From the IMG/VR virus record IMGVR_UViG_3300042867_001113: a stretch of 64,000 nucleotides of DNA. One strand, given 5' to 3'. Shown here piece after piece: positions 26,440 to 35,477 of the stretch (position 1 is the stretch's first letter; each line of letters begins with the position of its first letter). The DNA comes from a virus. A program made the translations under genes and the position numbers. The notes beneath the pieces were generated by a model. The model made no database searches. It saw only the letters and a list, made by a program, of their open reading frames with translations, and had not been told where the DNA came from.

Positions 26440-29400
26440 TCAGTACCCCGCCGGTTTCAGCTGTTTGTCATAGAAGCCACTCGACTCGGTGACGACGAGG
26501 TCTTCGATGGGCATCCCATTGAAGACGGTGATCCCAGCCTCCTTCAACGCAGAAATGACCTCCTGACGTCTCGCAGCGGTTTGCGTTCTCACCTTGAGGA
26601 TCTTGTTGGGGGACCACCCCTGCTTGAACACGACTTCGGCGCGAGAAGCAAATCCGGGCGAGTCGACCGTTTGTCGGGTCGTGAACGCGGGGCTGTGGAC
26701 GTTGCCGTAAGGGTCGCCAGAGTTTCCGGTGAAGATGTCCAGTCGGTCCAGCTCAGAGGGGTCTGCGATGATCTCGATGTCCCCCCATCCGTTCGCCTGC
26801 GTGCCGCTGTTCGCCAACGACTTGGTCACTGGCTTGACGAACAGGTAGTCACCACCGCCGCTGTTCTGATCGGGAGCGTTGTCAGCCGAGGTAGATGTCC
26901 CCTTCGGTTGGAGTCCCGTGTCTTGCCGCCCCATGATGCCGGTCGGCCCTGTGCGGAGCATCTTCACGACGTTCGCCGGGCTGCTGATCGCGTGCGACAT
27001 ATATGCGAAGTCCGGATTGGCTGCTCTGATCCGCGCCAAGCGACCCGGAAGAACAGGCACCGCCGCTCCGAAACCGACCTTCTCCATGCGGATCGAGTTC
27101 ATCTCAGCATCGGAGTACCCGAGCTTCTTGAGTCGATCCGTCAGTATCGCCGAGGTTCGCTGGCTCTCCGGAAGGGCGTCGGCTGCCTGTGGTGCAGCCA
27201 TCCAATAGAGAGCCGACAGCTTCATCGTCTTCTCTTCCTCAGGGGTCGGAGCCTTGAGCACTTTCGACGAAAGGTTGGGCCCGGCCTTGTCCAAGAGCTT
27301 GGCGAAGGCGTCATTCGGGTCTTCACCCGGCTTCGGATACACGTCCGCCCACACGCGGTTCTTCACAGCCCATCGAGGTTCCGACGGTGACCCCATGTGC
27401 ATGATGTTGTTGCCGTCCGTCCACTTCAGGGAGGTGATCTTGTCAGTTTTCCCTTCCGGCCCACCCTTGTGCTCAAGGGAGTCTGTTGCGGCGCTGTAAG
27501 CCGTGCGCTGGTGATTGAACACCGACGGGGCGCCGTCCTTCACGAGAGCGTTGGCCCCTTCGGTGAAGGATTTGCGGAACTTGAAGACGTACCTGTAGAA
27601 GGTCTTGCCCTTCGCGTCGGTCTGACGCTGCACCATGATGGTCTGACCCTCCACAGAGGGACCGTCCGCGATGACGGGTTGTCCGTAGGCGAGCGGCTCC
27701 TTGCGGAAGTCGACGTCGAGGATGTTCCGGTCGAGCACAGCGTTCTTGAGCTGTCCGGCCTTCGGGATGGTCTTCAGGCCTTGGACCTCAGGAGCAGCAG
27801 GGATCGGCTCTTGGAATCCGATCTGCGCGTCTGAACCCTTGGCCTTGGCCCAATCATCTTTGGGGAGGAAAACGACCACCTTCCCGTCTTTGCTGACGGG
27901 CTTCTTCGCCAGAGTGACGCCTGCCTGCTTGAATGACTCCTCGACCTTCTCGACCGTCACGTCTTGCATCTTGATGACGGTGAAGTCGGAGAACGTGTCG
28001 GGCGACCCGTCGGTGACTTTCGGGGGCTTCTCCTTGTAGAAATTCGGACTGCCAGTGCCGAAGAAGGCGGACGCCTTCGACACATTCCACTGGAAGCCGG
28101 GCGCAGGTGCAGCGAATCCCGGCGGGGTGGGCGTTGCTTTGACAGTCGGTGGGGGCGTCGTTTGGGAGACCGTCTCCACACCCACAGCGCCCAATATCCC
28201 CGTCTGCAGAGGGTTGACGACTTCGATCGGCTTCGCTCCCTGCACGACGGCAGGAGGTGGAGGAGTCTTCTTCGGTTCAGCGCCAGCCTCTGACCACCCA
28301 CCTGCAAACGTGAAGGTGCCCTTCTTCTTCGTTCGCTTCGCGTAGAGCCCGCCGATGAACGACTCGAAGTCCTTGCGGATGTTCTGCTTGCGCGCGAGCG
28401 CACGGTCGAGGAACTCCGCGACCTTCTTCGGGTCGTCTTTGAACTTGGCCTCGCTGGCAAACTTTGAGAGAAGTTGCGTGTAGTCACTGTCGCTGATGGC
28501 TTCGATGCGCTCGATCGCACCAGTCATCTCCTTCGGATCGAAGGACATCGAGCCGTCAGCGAACGCCTTCCAAAACTTGTTGTAGTAGGGTTCGTTTTCG
28601 ACTTTGTTCGGGTGGTAGTCGATCGCGAGCTTGTCACCGTCAACCGAATCGGTGGTGCCCGGCAGCATGAACTTGAAGCCCTGCTCCTTGTCGACGGAAA
28701 GCAGAGCCCCGTCCGGGCGACGGACAAAGTTTGCCGCATGCGTGTCGTGCTGCGACATCAACCAGTCGAGAGCGTGCTCCTCAGCGACGTCCTTCCGCTC
28801 ACTGTCCGTCAGAAGCGAAGGGTTCGTCCCTGCAGCGCCGAGAGGCGTGGCACCTGCCATCCAAGGCTGGATCGAGGCAGGGATGCCTTTGTAGCCTTCG
28901 GGGACATTGCCCACAGGAATAGACTTCCCGGGCCGAACGACGCTGGAGACCTGAGAGAACATCTCCTGCGCTGCGATGCGGAAAGGCTCGATCTTCGCCT
29001 TGTTCTTCGACCGGGCCAACTTGACGAGGTACTTCCCGTCCGGACCTGCGAAGAAGAACTTCTCTCCTGCTCCGCCGATACCCGAAGCGGCGCCCTCTGG
29101 AACGAGGGAGCTGATGGACGGCAGTTGTGGCGGCGACAAAACGCTGCCCATGGGCGGGACCGAAAGGCCCCCGAGGTCTTTCTTTTTCTTCTTCGCGACC
29201 TTCGTGGCGAGGGAGTCCTTGCCCGCCTCGAACTCGAACGTGTCGGTCATACCGATGTCACCGCGCTCTTGGTACACGCCGGTGATGAAGGCTTCCAAGT
29301 CCTTCCTGACGTTCTTCTTGCGCTTGAGGATCTCGTCCTTGAGCGTGGTCAGCTCCTTTGCAGAGCCACCCTTGGCGCCGAGGTAGGATCCGAGGTTTGC

Positions 29401-31236
29401 GAGCCAAGCATCATCAGAGATGTCTTCGATCTTCTCGATCGCAGGAAGCATGTCGCCGATCGGAAGGTCGATCTTCTTCTTCTTGAAGAGGTCAAACAGC
29501 GTCCCGTAGATCAAAGGTGACGGGTTCGGCTTGTACGACGTGTCGAGACTGTCCTTGCCAATGAACTTGAGGGACTGATCCTTGTCAATGCCGACGACGT
29601 TCCCGTCGGTCGTGAGCAGGAAGTTCCCCGCCTTCGCGTCGTGGCTGGCGAGAGCCCAATCGAGAACGCGCTCTTGCATCAGGCGAGCGAGCTGTGGGTG
29701 GGTCAACGCGGTCAGGTCGACCTTGCTGAGATCGGTCTTGATGTTCGGGACCATCGGCTGGATAGACCCGGTGCCGACGCCGCTCACGTTCCCGACAACG
29801 ACAGGAACGGCGTTCTCTGCCCCGAAGACCTTGGCAGCGATGTTCGCGTAGGCAGCAGCGGCGAGCGCAGGAGCATCCGCGCCGGGTTTGAAGAGGAAGG
29901 TGTTTCCTGCTGCATCTTTGACGAACTGCTTTGGATGCGCTCCACCCAACGAAGCCTTCGCGTCACCTGCCGAGGAAAGCGTCGCCAACGGAGGGATCGC
30001 AGGCAAGCCCAGACCTCCCGAGGTGATGGGAGCCGTTGGGGTTGCGGTTGGCGTCGGTGAGGCGGGAGCAGGCGAGTCGTACTCGAACGGAGCCGTCGAG
30101 GGCCCCTTGAAAGGGCGGACCACCTTGAACGATTGTCCTACGAGGGCCGAAGTATCGGCAGCGTGAATGCCGTTGAACCACCATTTTCCGCCACTCTTCA
30201 CGAATGTGACCCCTTTGGGGTTCTGAATCGTGATGGCTTCCGGTTGGTTGTTCAGAGCAGCAAGGTCGAGGACCGAGAAGCCGGGTGGTACGATCGCTGC
30301 CGGAGTCGGGGGCGCTGGGGTCGAGGTGACCGGGGGCGGCGGAACCGAAGTCACAGGGGGAGTCGGGGCCGGAACAAGCATCGGCGATGTAGCCATCGGC
30401 TTGAACTTCACGGTGACAATGCCGTCGTCGTCCTCGTCCGCTGTGGCGAGCCCTGCCTTCTTAGCGAGGGCGATGACCTTCTCGAAAGTCAGGTAGTTTT
30501 TGTCGAAGACCTCCTCAGACGCATCTTCGCCGTTCACCTCCGCCACAGCGTCAATCATGTTCCCGAACTCATGCAGCGCAGCCAGTGCCTTGAACTCTTC
30601 CGACCCGGTGGAGAAATTGAGGATCTTCGCCGCGTTCGCGACTTCCGATTTGACGGTGACCACACCCGGAACAGCAAAGCCCAGTGCAGCGGCTTTCTCT
30701 TTCCAGTTTGCGCCGTAGACCTTCAGCAGCGTCGCGGTTACCTGCGGGTTCTTCAGCAGCTTGAGGTCGGTCGCCGGGTCTTGGTTGAACTGGACCGCGT
30801 GGAGGTAGGCATCCAACGGGACAGAGGCGGTGCCGCCGAGTGCAGCCTGCACGTCTGCCTTCGTGACGGGCGTCGGAGCCGACTTCGGGGGGTGCAGTAG
30901 CTCCGTGTCATCCGACGCACCGTCCTTCGTCAGCACGTCCTTCAGGGTTTTGTTTGCGTCCTTCAGGACGAGATCGGTCGCAGCCTTGTAGTGCTTCGGA
31001 ATCGTGCCGATGACTGTGTTGGCCAGCGGGGTTCCGGGCTCAGGATCCACGAGGTCAAAGATGTGCTTCGGGACATTTGGGTGCTTGATATGAACGGGAA
31101 CGAGGCCGAGGCTCTTGTTCCCGTCCTTGTACTTGAAGGCGTAGAGGTACGTCGGCGTAATTCGGAACGCAGAGGCTTCTGCCAGAGCGATGGCTTCAAG
31201 CAGCGACGTCGCCTGCTTCGGACTGGAGTCGGTCAT
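26440..31236 (-). CDS. 1598-aa multidomain protein: two HipA/PI3K-like kinase domains + putative ADP-ribosyltransferase-like C-terminus
   Basis: Twice GG...K...SIQP...DW...HD...NF....G....DK.Q..KF; C-terminal H...GGGDYLF...RAEVVF. Confidence 0.75.
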   Translation of the reverse strand: MTDSSPKQATSLLEAIALAEASAFRITPTYLYAFKYKDGNKSLGLVPVHIKHPNVPKHIFDLVDPEPGTPLANTVIGTIPKHYKAATDLVLKDANKTLKDVLTKDGASDDTELLHPPKSAPTPVTKADVQAALGGTASVPLDAYLHAVQFNQDPATDLKLLKNPQVTATLLKVYGANWKEKAAALGFAVPGVVTVKSEVANAAKILNFSTGSEEFKALAALHEFGNMIDAVAEVNGEDASEEVFDKNYLTFEKVIALAKKAGLATADEDDDGIVTVKFKPMATSPMLVPAPTPPVTSVPPPPVTSTPAPPTPAAIVPPGFSVLDLAALNNQPEAITIQNPKGVTFVKSGGKWWFNGIHAADTSALVGQSFKVVRPFKGPSTAPFEYDSPAPASPTPTATPTAPITSGGLGLPAIPPLATLSSAGDAKASLGGAHPKQFVKDAAGNTFLFKPGADAPALAAAAYANIAAKVFGAENAVPVVVGNVSGVGTGSIQPMVPNIKTDLSKVDLTALTHPQLARLMQERVLDWALASHDAKAGNFLLTTDGNVVGIDKDQSLKFIGKDSLDTSYKPNPSPLIYGTLFDLFKKKKIDLPIGDMLPAIEKIEDISDDAWLANLGSYLGAKGGSAKELTTLKDEILKRKKNVRKDLEAFITGVYQERGDIGMTDTFEFEAGKDSLATKVAKKKKKDLGGLSVPPMGSVLSPPQLPSISSLVPEGAASGIGGAGEKFFFAGPDGKYLVKLARSKNKAKIEPFRIAAQEMFSQVSSVVRPGKSIPVGNVPEGYKGIPASIQPWMAGATPLGAAGTNPSLLTDSERKDVAEEHALDWLMSQHDTHAANFVRRPDGALLSVDKEQGFKFMLPGTTDSVDGDKLAIDYHPNKVENEPYYNKFWKAFADGSMSFDPKEMTGAIERIEAISDSDYTQLLSKFASEAKFKDDPKKVAEFLDRALARKQNIRKDFESFIGGLYAKRTKKKGTFTFAGGWSEAGAEPKKTPPPPAVVQGAKPIEVVNPLQTGILGAVGVETVSQTTPPPTVKATPTPPGFAAPAPGFQWNVSKASAFFGTGSPNFYKEKPPKVTDGSPDTFSDFTVIKMQDVTVEKVEESFKQAGVTLAKKPVSKDGKVVVFLPKDDWAKAKGSDAQIGFQEPIPAAPEVQGLKTIPKAGQLKNAVLDRNILDVDFRKEPLAYGQPVIADGPSVEGQTIMVQRQTDAKGKTFYRYVFKFRKSFTEGANALVKDGAPSVFNHQRTAYSAATDSLEHKGGPEGKTDKITSLKWTDGNNIMHMGSPSEPRWAVKNRVWADVYPKPGEDPNDAFAKLLDKAGPNLSSKVLKAPTPEEEKTMKLSALYWMAAPQAADALPESQRTSAILTDRLKKLGYSDAEMNSIRMEKVGFGAAVPVLPGRLARIRAANPDFAYMSHAISSPANVVKMLRTGPTGIMGRQDTGLQPKGTSTSADNAPDQNSGGGDYLFVKPVTKSLANSGTQANGWGDIEIIADPSELDRLDIFTGNSGDPYGNVHSPAFTTRQTVDSPGFASRAEVVFKQGWSPNKILKVRTQTAARRQEVISALKEAGITVFNGMPIEDLVVTESSGFYDKQLKPAGY

Positions 31237-31277
31237 GCGGGCCTCAGACGAACGTGGTGAGCGGAACCGTATGGTCC

Positions 31278-32045
31278 TCAGGCCAACTCGAAGCCACCGA
31301 TCTCAGGATCTTCTTCGACCGCGAGCGCGATCTCGATACCCTTCGACTTGGCTTCGTACTTCTCCTTCGCGCGGGCGCGGGCGATCAGTTCGACGGCGCG
31401 GCGGTTGATGCCCTGCGTCCTGCCGAACAGCGGGTTCGCCGAGTCACGAGCGTCGAAGCAGGCGTCGATGAGAGCCTTCTTCTCAGAGTCAGTCAGCTCA
31501 CCGTTCTCCAGACCGATCTTCTTCGCGGCGTCGCGGAGAAGCTTCTGGGCGCGAGCTGACTTGTTCAGGAAGTCCTTCACCGAGGGCCCGAGGCCCTTGG
31601 CCGTGAAGGCAATACCTTCGGCGATGTCCTTGTCGGTCAAGGTCTTGATATCAACGCTGCTCGACTTCTTCCCGACCGAGGGCGTCACCTTGTAGAGATC
31701 CCATGCCAGCGCGAGGCTGTAGAACGCTTGACGAGCCTCAGCGAAGGGCCCGTAGATGCCGTCGACAGCGTGCTTCATCTTCAAGCAGGCGGACTCCGTG
31801 TCCAGCGCAGCGCGTTTCGCGACGATGCCACCGTCCGCGAGGGCTGCTTCTTCGGCAAACTTGGCCACCTTCGACGCGGCTTCTTCCAGATCATCCCCGG
31901 ATTTCACCGCCTCGCGGAAGCCGTTCGCTGCTTTGAGCGCATCCCCCGGGATGTCCATACTGGCTCCAGCGTCCTTGACTCCCTTGGACTTCGCAGCCTC
32001 AAGAAAGGAACGGGTCTGGTCGGCGAGGCGCTTGAGGCTGGACAT
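31278..32045 (-). CDS. Hypothetical protein, possible internal head protein
   Basis: Ala/Lys-rich; N-terminal RSFLEA motif; GGAG RBS. Confidence 0.6.
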   Translation of the reverse strand: MSSLKRLADQTRSFLEAAKSKGVKDAGASMDIPGDALKAANGFREAVKSGDDLEEAASKVAKFAEEAALADGGIVAKRAALDTESACLKMKHAVDGIYGPFAEARQAFYSLALAWDLYKVTPSVGKKSSSVDIKTLTDKDIAEGIAFTAKGLGPSVKDFLNKSARAQKLLRDAAKKIGLENGELTDSEKKALIDACFDARDSANPLFGRTQGINRRAVELIARARAKEKYEAKSKGIEIALAVEEDPEIGGFELA

Positions 32046-32102
32046 CGGAACTCCTGATGAGGGGGTCAAGACGAAAGACCGTACCCCAGCACTGAAATTC
32101 TC

Positions 32103-32912
32103 TCAAGATTCAAGGAGCGCTTTGGCCGTGTCTTTGGACTTATCGAGCGCTTTCAGAGCCTGCTTTCCAGCCTCCTCAATGATCGGCGCCAAGAAGTCAT
32201 TGACGTCTTCGTTGGAGTGCTTGCAGTAGGCCAGCACCTTGTCGAGCGCCTTCTTGGTGTTGCGATTCATCTGCACATAGATGTGCTCTTGCTTGCCGAA
32301 TGAGAACACCATGAAAGACAGGTTCACCGTGTCGCCGTGCTTGGCGAAGAGGTGCTGGAGGATGTTCGAGAGGTCTTCGACCGTCTTGGCTTCTTTGGCC
32401 TTGTCGTCGAACTCGTCCTGCAGCTCTTTCGGAAGCGACTTCTTCAGCCCGCGCTTCACGTCGCCGACGATCTTCTGGAAGCCCTTCGTGTCGGCGTAGC
32501 CCATCAGCTGCTGGAGAGCGTCGGCCCCGTACTTTTCCGCCATCTCACCGTAGAGCTTGGCGAATTTCTCGGGATCCAGTTTTCCCTTCAACACGTTCAA
32601 TCGAACGGTAACGAACTTCTGAAGGTCTTCGTCTTGCCACTTGGAGTCTGAGAGAACAGCGCAAGGCAGTTCGTCGAGACCGATGATTTTCGCCGCTTGC
32701 CAACGGTGCTCACCACCGATGATGCGATAGGTGCCGTCGTCCATTGGCACAACCTCAAGCGGGTCGAGGAAGCCTACATCGCGAATCTCATCGACGAGCC
32801 GCTGGAAGGTGATCTCGTCCTGTCCTTGCGGGTTCCAAGAGTTCGGGTGGATGAGGTCGATCGGGATGTGGCGAAGTTCGATGCGACCGGGCTTGACGTC
32901 AGGGTGGCTCAA
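32103..32912 (-). CDS. ParB/Srx N-terminal domain protein
   Basis: IHPNSWNP...GFLDPLEV...YRIIGGEHRWQAA. Confidence 0.85.
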   Translation of the reverse strand: MSHPDVKPGRIELRHIPIDLIHPNSWNPQGQDEITFQRLVDEIRDVGFLDPLEVVPMDDGTYRIIGGEHRWQAAKIIGLDELPCAVLSDSKWQDEDLQKFVTVRLNVLKGKLDPEKFAKLYGEMAEKYGADALQQLMGYADTKGFQKIVGDVKRGLKKSLPKELQDEFDDKAKEAKTVEDLSNILQHLFAKHGDTVNLSFMVFSFGKQEHIYVQMNRNTKKALDKVLAYCKHSNEDVNDFLAPIIEEAGKQALKALDKSKDTAKALLES

Positions 32913-32920
32913 AGGATGTC

Positions 32921-33142
32921 CTACTGGATGACTTCGACGAGGGTGGCGCTCTTGGAGGCAACCACCTTCATCTCGTTGGTGAACTGATGAAAAACTTGAT
33001 CCCGCTCAACTTCTTGGGAGGAATCTAGCTCCTGCAACCACGCCTCATCAGCGAAGCGCGCGCGCCACCGTTCAACGATGGCGTGGAGAAGATCCAACTC
33101 TCCCGACAGCAGTTCAGCAGTGATTGGCCACGGGTTGTTCAA
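32921..33142 (-). CDS. Small hypothetical protein
   Basis: 73-aa ORF filling gap, overlaps upstream stop. Confidence 0.5.
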   Translation of the reverse strand: MNNPWPITAELLSGELDLLHAIVERWRARFADEAWLQELDSSQEVERDQVFHQFTNEMKVVASKSATLVEVIQ

Positions 33143-34200
33143 GCAGACTCCGGTTCGTCAGTGCTGGAGGCAGCGGCTTTGGCGGCAGCCGCAAGGGCCC
33201 CAAGTCCGTACACCACCTCGTCGTCATCGTCGACCACCACCAAGCGAAGGCCGACAGACTTCTCGATCTTGGAGAGGAAGCGAAGGCGCTGCTCGACAGA
33301 CGCGCCGCTCCAGTCCGCTCCTGAGAGGAAGTCGAGACAGATGAGCGAGATAAGGGTGGATGGTGCCTTTGTTTCGCGACCAACCAACTCCTGCGCACGC
33401 TTGAGGGCGAGGTTCACCGTCTCGGCTTGCTCGGACTCCAACTGGAAGACCTTGCTGACCCACTTCCGGTCCACGAACGCTTCGCTGGCGGTGTCCGCGT
33501 AGTCGCCGGTCGGGCGGGCTTTCGGCACTGCTGGAGGAACCGAGTGCGGAATAAGTGTTGGTTTATAGGGCTCTGCGCTGGAAATCTCAGGTACATTCTC
33601 AGCCTGAAGAAGACCCTCAGGCACCTCATTGGAGGCTGCGATGGGATCCGGCTGACGAGCAATGTCCGCCTGAATCTGGCGGGCCTGTTCCATCGCGACG
33701 GTGCGCTTGATGATCTCAACCAGCGTCGTGTAGTTCACCGTCTCAGCACGGTCGATCCACTCCACCATGTTCGCCTTCGTGAGGACGCGGACCAGCTCGC
33801 GAGCTTTTGACCATCCCAGCCGAATGAATCGCTTCTTCAGCTCCGGGTTCTGCCCGAGGCCGTCCAGCTCCACCTCGACACGGTAGAAAATGCGGACCAG
33901 ACGCTGCGCCTTCTTGTAGTGAAGGGACAGCTCCTTCTCGGCGAATTCACCGATGTTGTTGTAGCCCCACTTCGCGAGCACGGAGCCGTTCTTGGGGTCG
34001 CCGTCCACCGGGGCGTCGTAGATGCGGTAGAGGATCTCCCCGAGTTCGAGGTAGCCCGTCTCGACCTGCTCGGCGAGCACGCGGGCTCGGTGCCGGATGC
34101 GACCGGCCCACGACTTTGACCCGACGTCCACGTCGACACGGTAGTTCTTGGGCTCCTCGTCAGGAGTCGGAAGCAGGGTCAGAGCGGTTGGGTTCGTCAA
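33139..34200 (-). CDS. Hypothetical DNA-binding-like protein
   Basis: ELGEILYRI...WGY...FAEKEL.L..KKAQRL...LGWSKAREL helical motif common in phage proteins. Confidence 0.6.
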   Translation of the reverse strand: MTNPTALTLLPTPDEEPKNYRVDVDVGSKSWAGRIRHRARVLAEQVETGYLELGEILYRIYDAPVDGDPKNGSVLAKWGYNNIGEFAEKELSLHYKKAQRLVRIFYRVEVELDGLGQNPELKKRFIRLGWSKARELVRVLTKANMVEWIDRAETVNYTTLVEIIKRTVAMEQARQIQADIARQPDPIAASNEVPEGLLQAENVPEISSAEPYKPTLIPHSVPPAVPKARPTGDYADTASEAFVDRKWVSKVFQLESEQAETVNLALKRAQELVGRETKAPSTLISLICLDFLSGADWSGASVEQRLRFLSKIEKSVGLRLVVVDDDDEVVYGLGALAAAAKAAASSTDEPESA

Positions 34201-34528
34201 GCGTTACTCCTCGGATTGGCTGCGGCGGGCCGAAGAAGGACAGCTCCCATGCTCGAATCTCAGTTGCACGTCCAGCGGGGGAGTCGCGGTTCATCAGCTC
34301 GCCTTCGACGAGGACGTAACACCCTTTCTCCAGTTTTCCGCGACAGGCCTCAACGAGCCCGTCGATGTAGACGTTGACTTTGACGCACACCGTCAAGCTT
34401 CCTCGGTTTGTGGGACGCTCGGACTCGACGAAGAACGTGCAGACGTTCGCGCCTTGGACGTGGGTTTTGGAGAAGGTGATGCGATCGGTGATGTGTCCAG
34501 CAATGAAGACTCGGTTGAGGCCGCGCAT
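34160..34528 (-). CDS. ssb: Bacterial-type single-stranded DNA-binding protein (short OB fold)
   Basis: MRGLNRVFIAGHI...LEKGCYVLVEGEL...TEIRA. Confidence 0.8.
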   Translation of the reverse strand: MRGLNRVFIAGHITDRITFSKTHVQGANVCTFFVESERPTNRGSLTVCVKVNVYIDGLVEACRGKLEKGCYVLVEGELMNRDSPAGRATEIRAWELSFFGPPQPIRGVTLDEPNRSDPASDS

Positions 34529-35136
34529 TCAACCATCCTTCGCAGAAGCAAGACCTCCGCACTATCGCGGCAAGCGACCACAGCCGCAAGCGCATCGTAA
34601 GGGTGTTCGAGCTGGGTGGCTGGGATGCCAGCGTTCGTCATCAGGCCGTTGGGCCCAACGAGGTCGGCGCGGAAAAGAAGGTTCAGCGACGCTTGTACCT
34701 CCTCCTTGGAGGCAGACTTGTCTTGGCACATGGTCTTCTTGATCTCTTGCGGGGACGCCTGCGTCACCGGGATCCTCTTCAGCGCCGAGAAGGCCGCAAT
34801 CACTCCCCAGCACATCGCCATCTTCGCCGCGACGGAGGAGCTTCGAGGGAACGACATCGTCTCCGCACAGATGATCTTGATGTCGTAGGACGACACCACG
34901 GAGTTCAGCCACGAAGCAATCTCTTTAGCCCGCTCCAAGTTGTCGTCGGAGGCGCGGACCTTCCGCTTTGCTGATGCCTTCGACGTGCGGAACACGGTCA
35001 TCTTCACCGGGCGGTCATCCTGCGGGTTCGGTCCAACGGCGTAAACGCAGAGGCCGATCGACGCGAAGCCCGGGTCGAGGCCCAGCACGTAGAGAGGTCG
35101 AAAAGAGCCAAGCGGGGCAAGAGGAAATTCGTTCAT
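34393..35136 (-). CDS. ruvC: RuvC-like Holliday junction resolvase
   Basis: VLGLDPGFASIG, ICAE, PQEIKK...ASKEEVQ, HPYDALAA. Confidence 0.88.
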   Translation of the reverse strand: MNEFPLAPLGSFRPLYVLGLDPGFASIGLCVYAVGPNPQDDRPVKMTVFRTSKASAKRKVRASDDNLERAKEIASWLNSVVSSYDIKIICAETMSFPRSSSVAAKMAMCWGVIAAFSALKRIPVTQASPQEIKKTMCQDKSASKEEVQASLNLLFRADLVGPNGLMTNAGIPATQLEHPYDALAAVVACRDSAEVLLLRRMVECAASTESSLLDTSPIASPSPKPTSKARTSARSSSSPSVPQTEEA

Positions 35137-35477
35137 CGACGACTCGGTGGGATGCGAGCGGCGGTGCGCTCGGTGAGGATGATCACGCCGAGGACATCGT
35201 CGGCGTCTTTGGGTGGCAGCCGTCCATCAGTGAAGACGAAACGTCTCTCAGAGTTTCGTTCAATTGAAGCGATGGTTGATGGGACAACTGGACTTTGAGA
35301 TTTCCCCCAAGCGCTCTCGTAAAGAACGCACGCGCCGCAAATGAACAGCGGCGACTGCCTACCAAGCGTGATGCCCCAGCGAGCCTGCGGCTTGTCGCAC
35401 TTGGAGCAGTGGGCGCCCCACAGCTTCTGAGGCAGGGGGTTGATGTAGGTCAGAGAGGCAAGCGGGTCTTCGCGCAT
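35133..35477 (-). CDS. Zn-finger hypothetical protein
   Basis: CSKC...CGAC; translationally coupled. Confidence 0.6.
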   Translation of the reverse strand: MREDPLASLTYINPLPQKLWGAHCSKCDKPQARWGITLGRQSPLFICGACVLYESAWGKSQSPVVPSTIASIERNSERRFVFTDGRLPPKDADDVLGVIILTERTAARIPPSRR

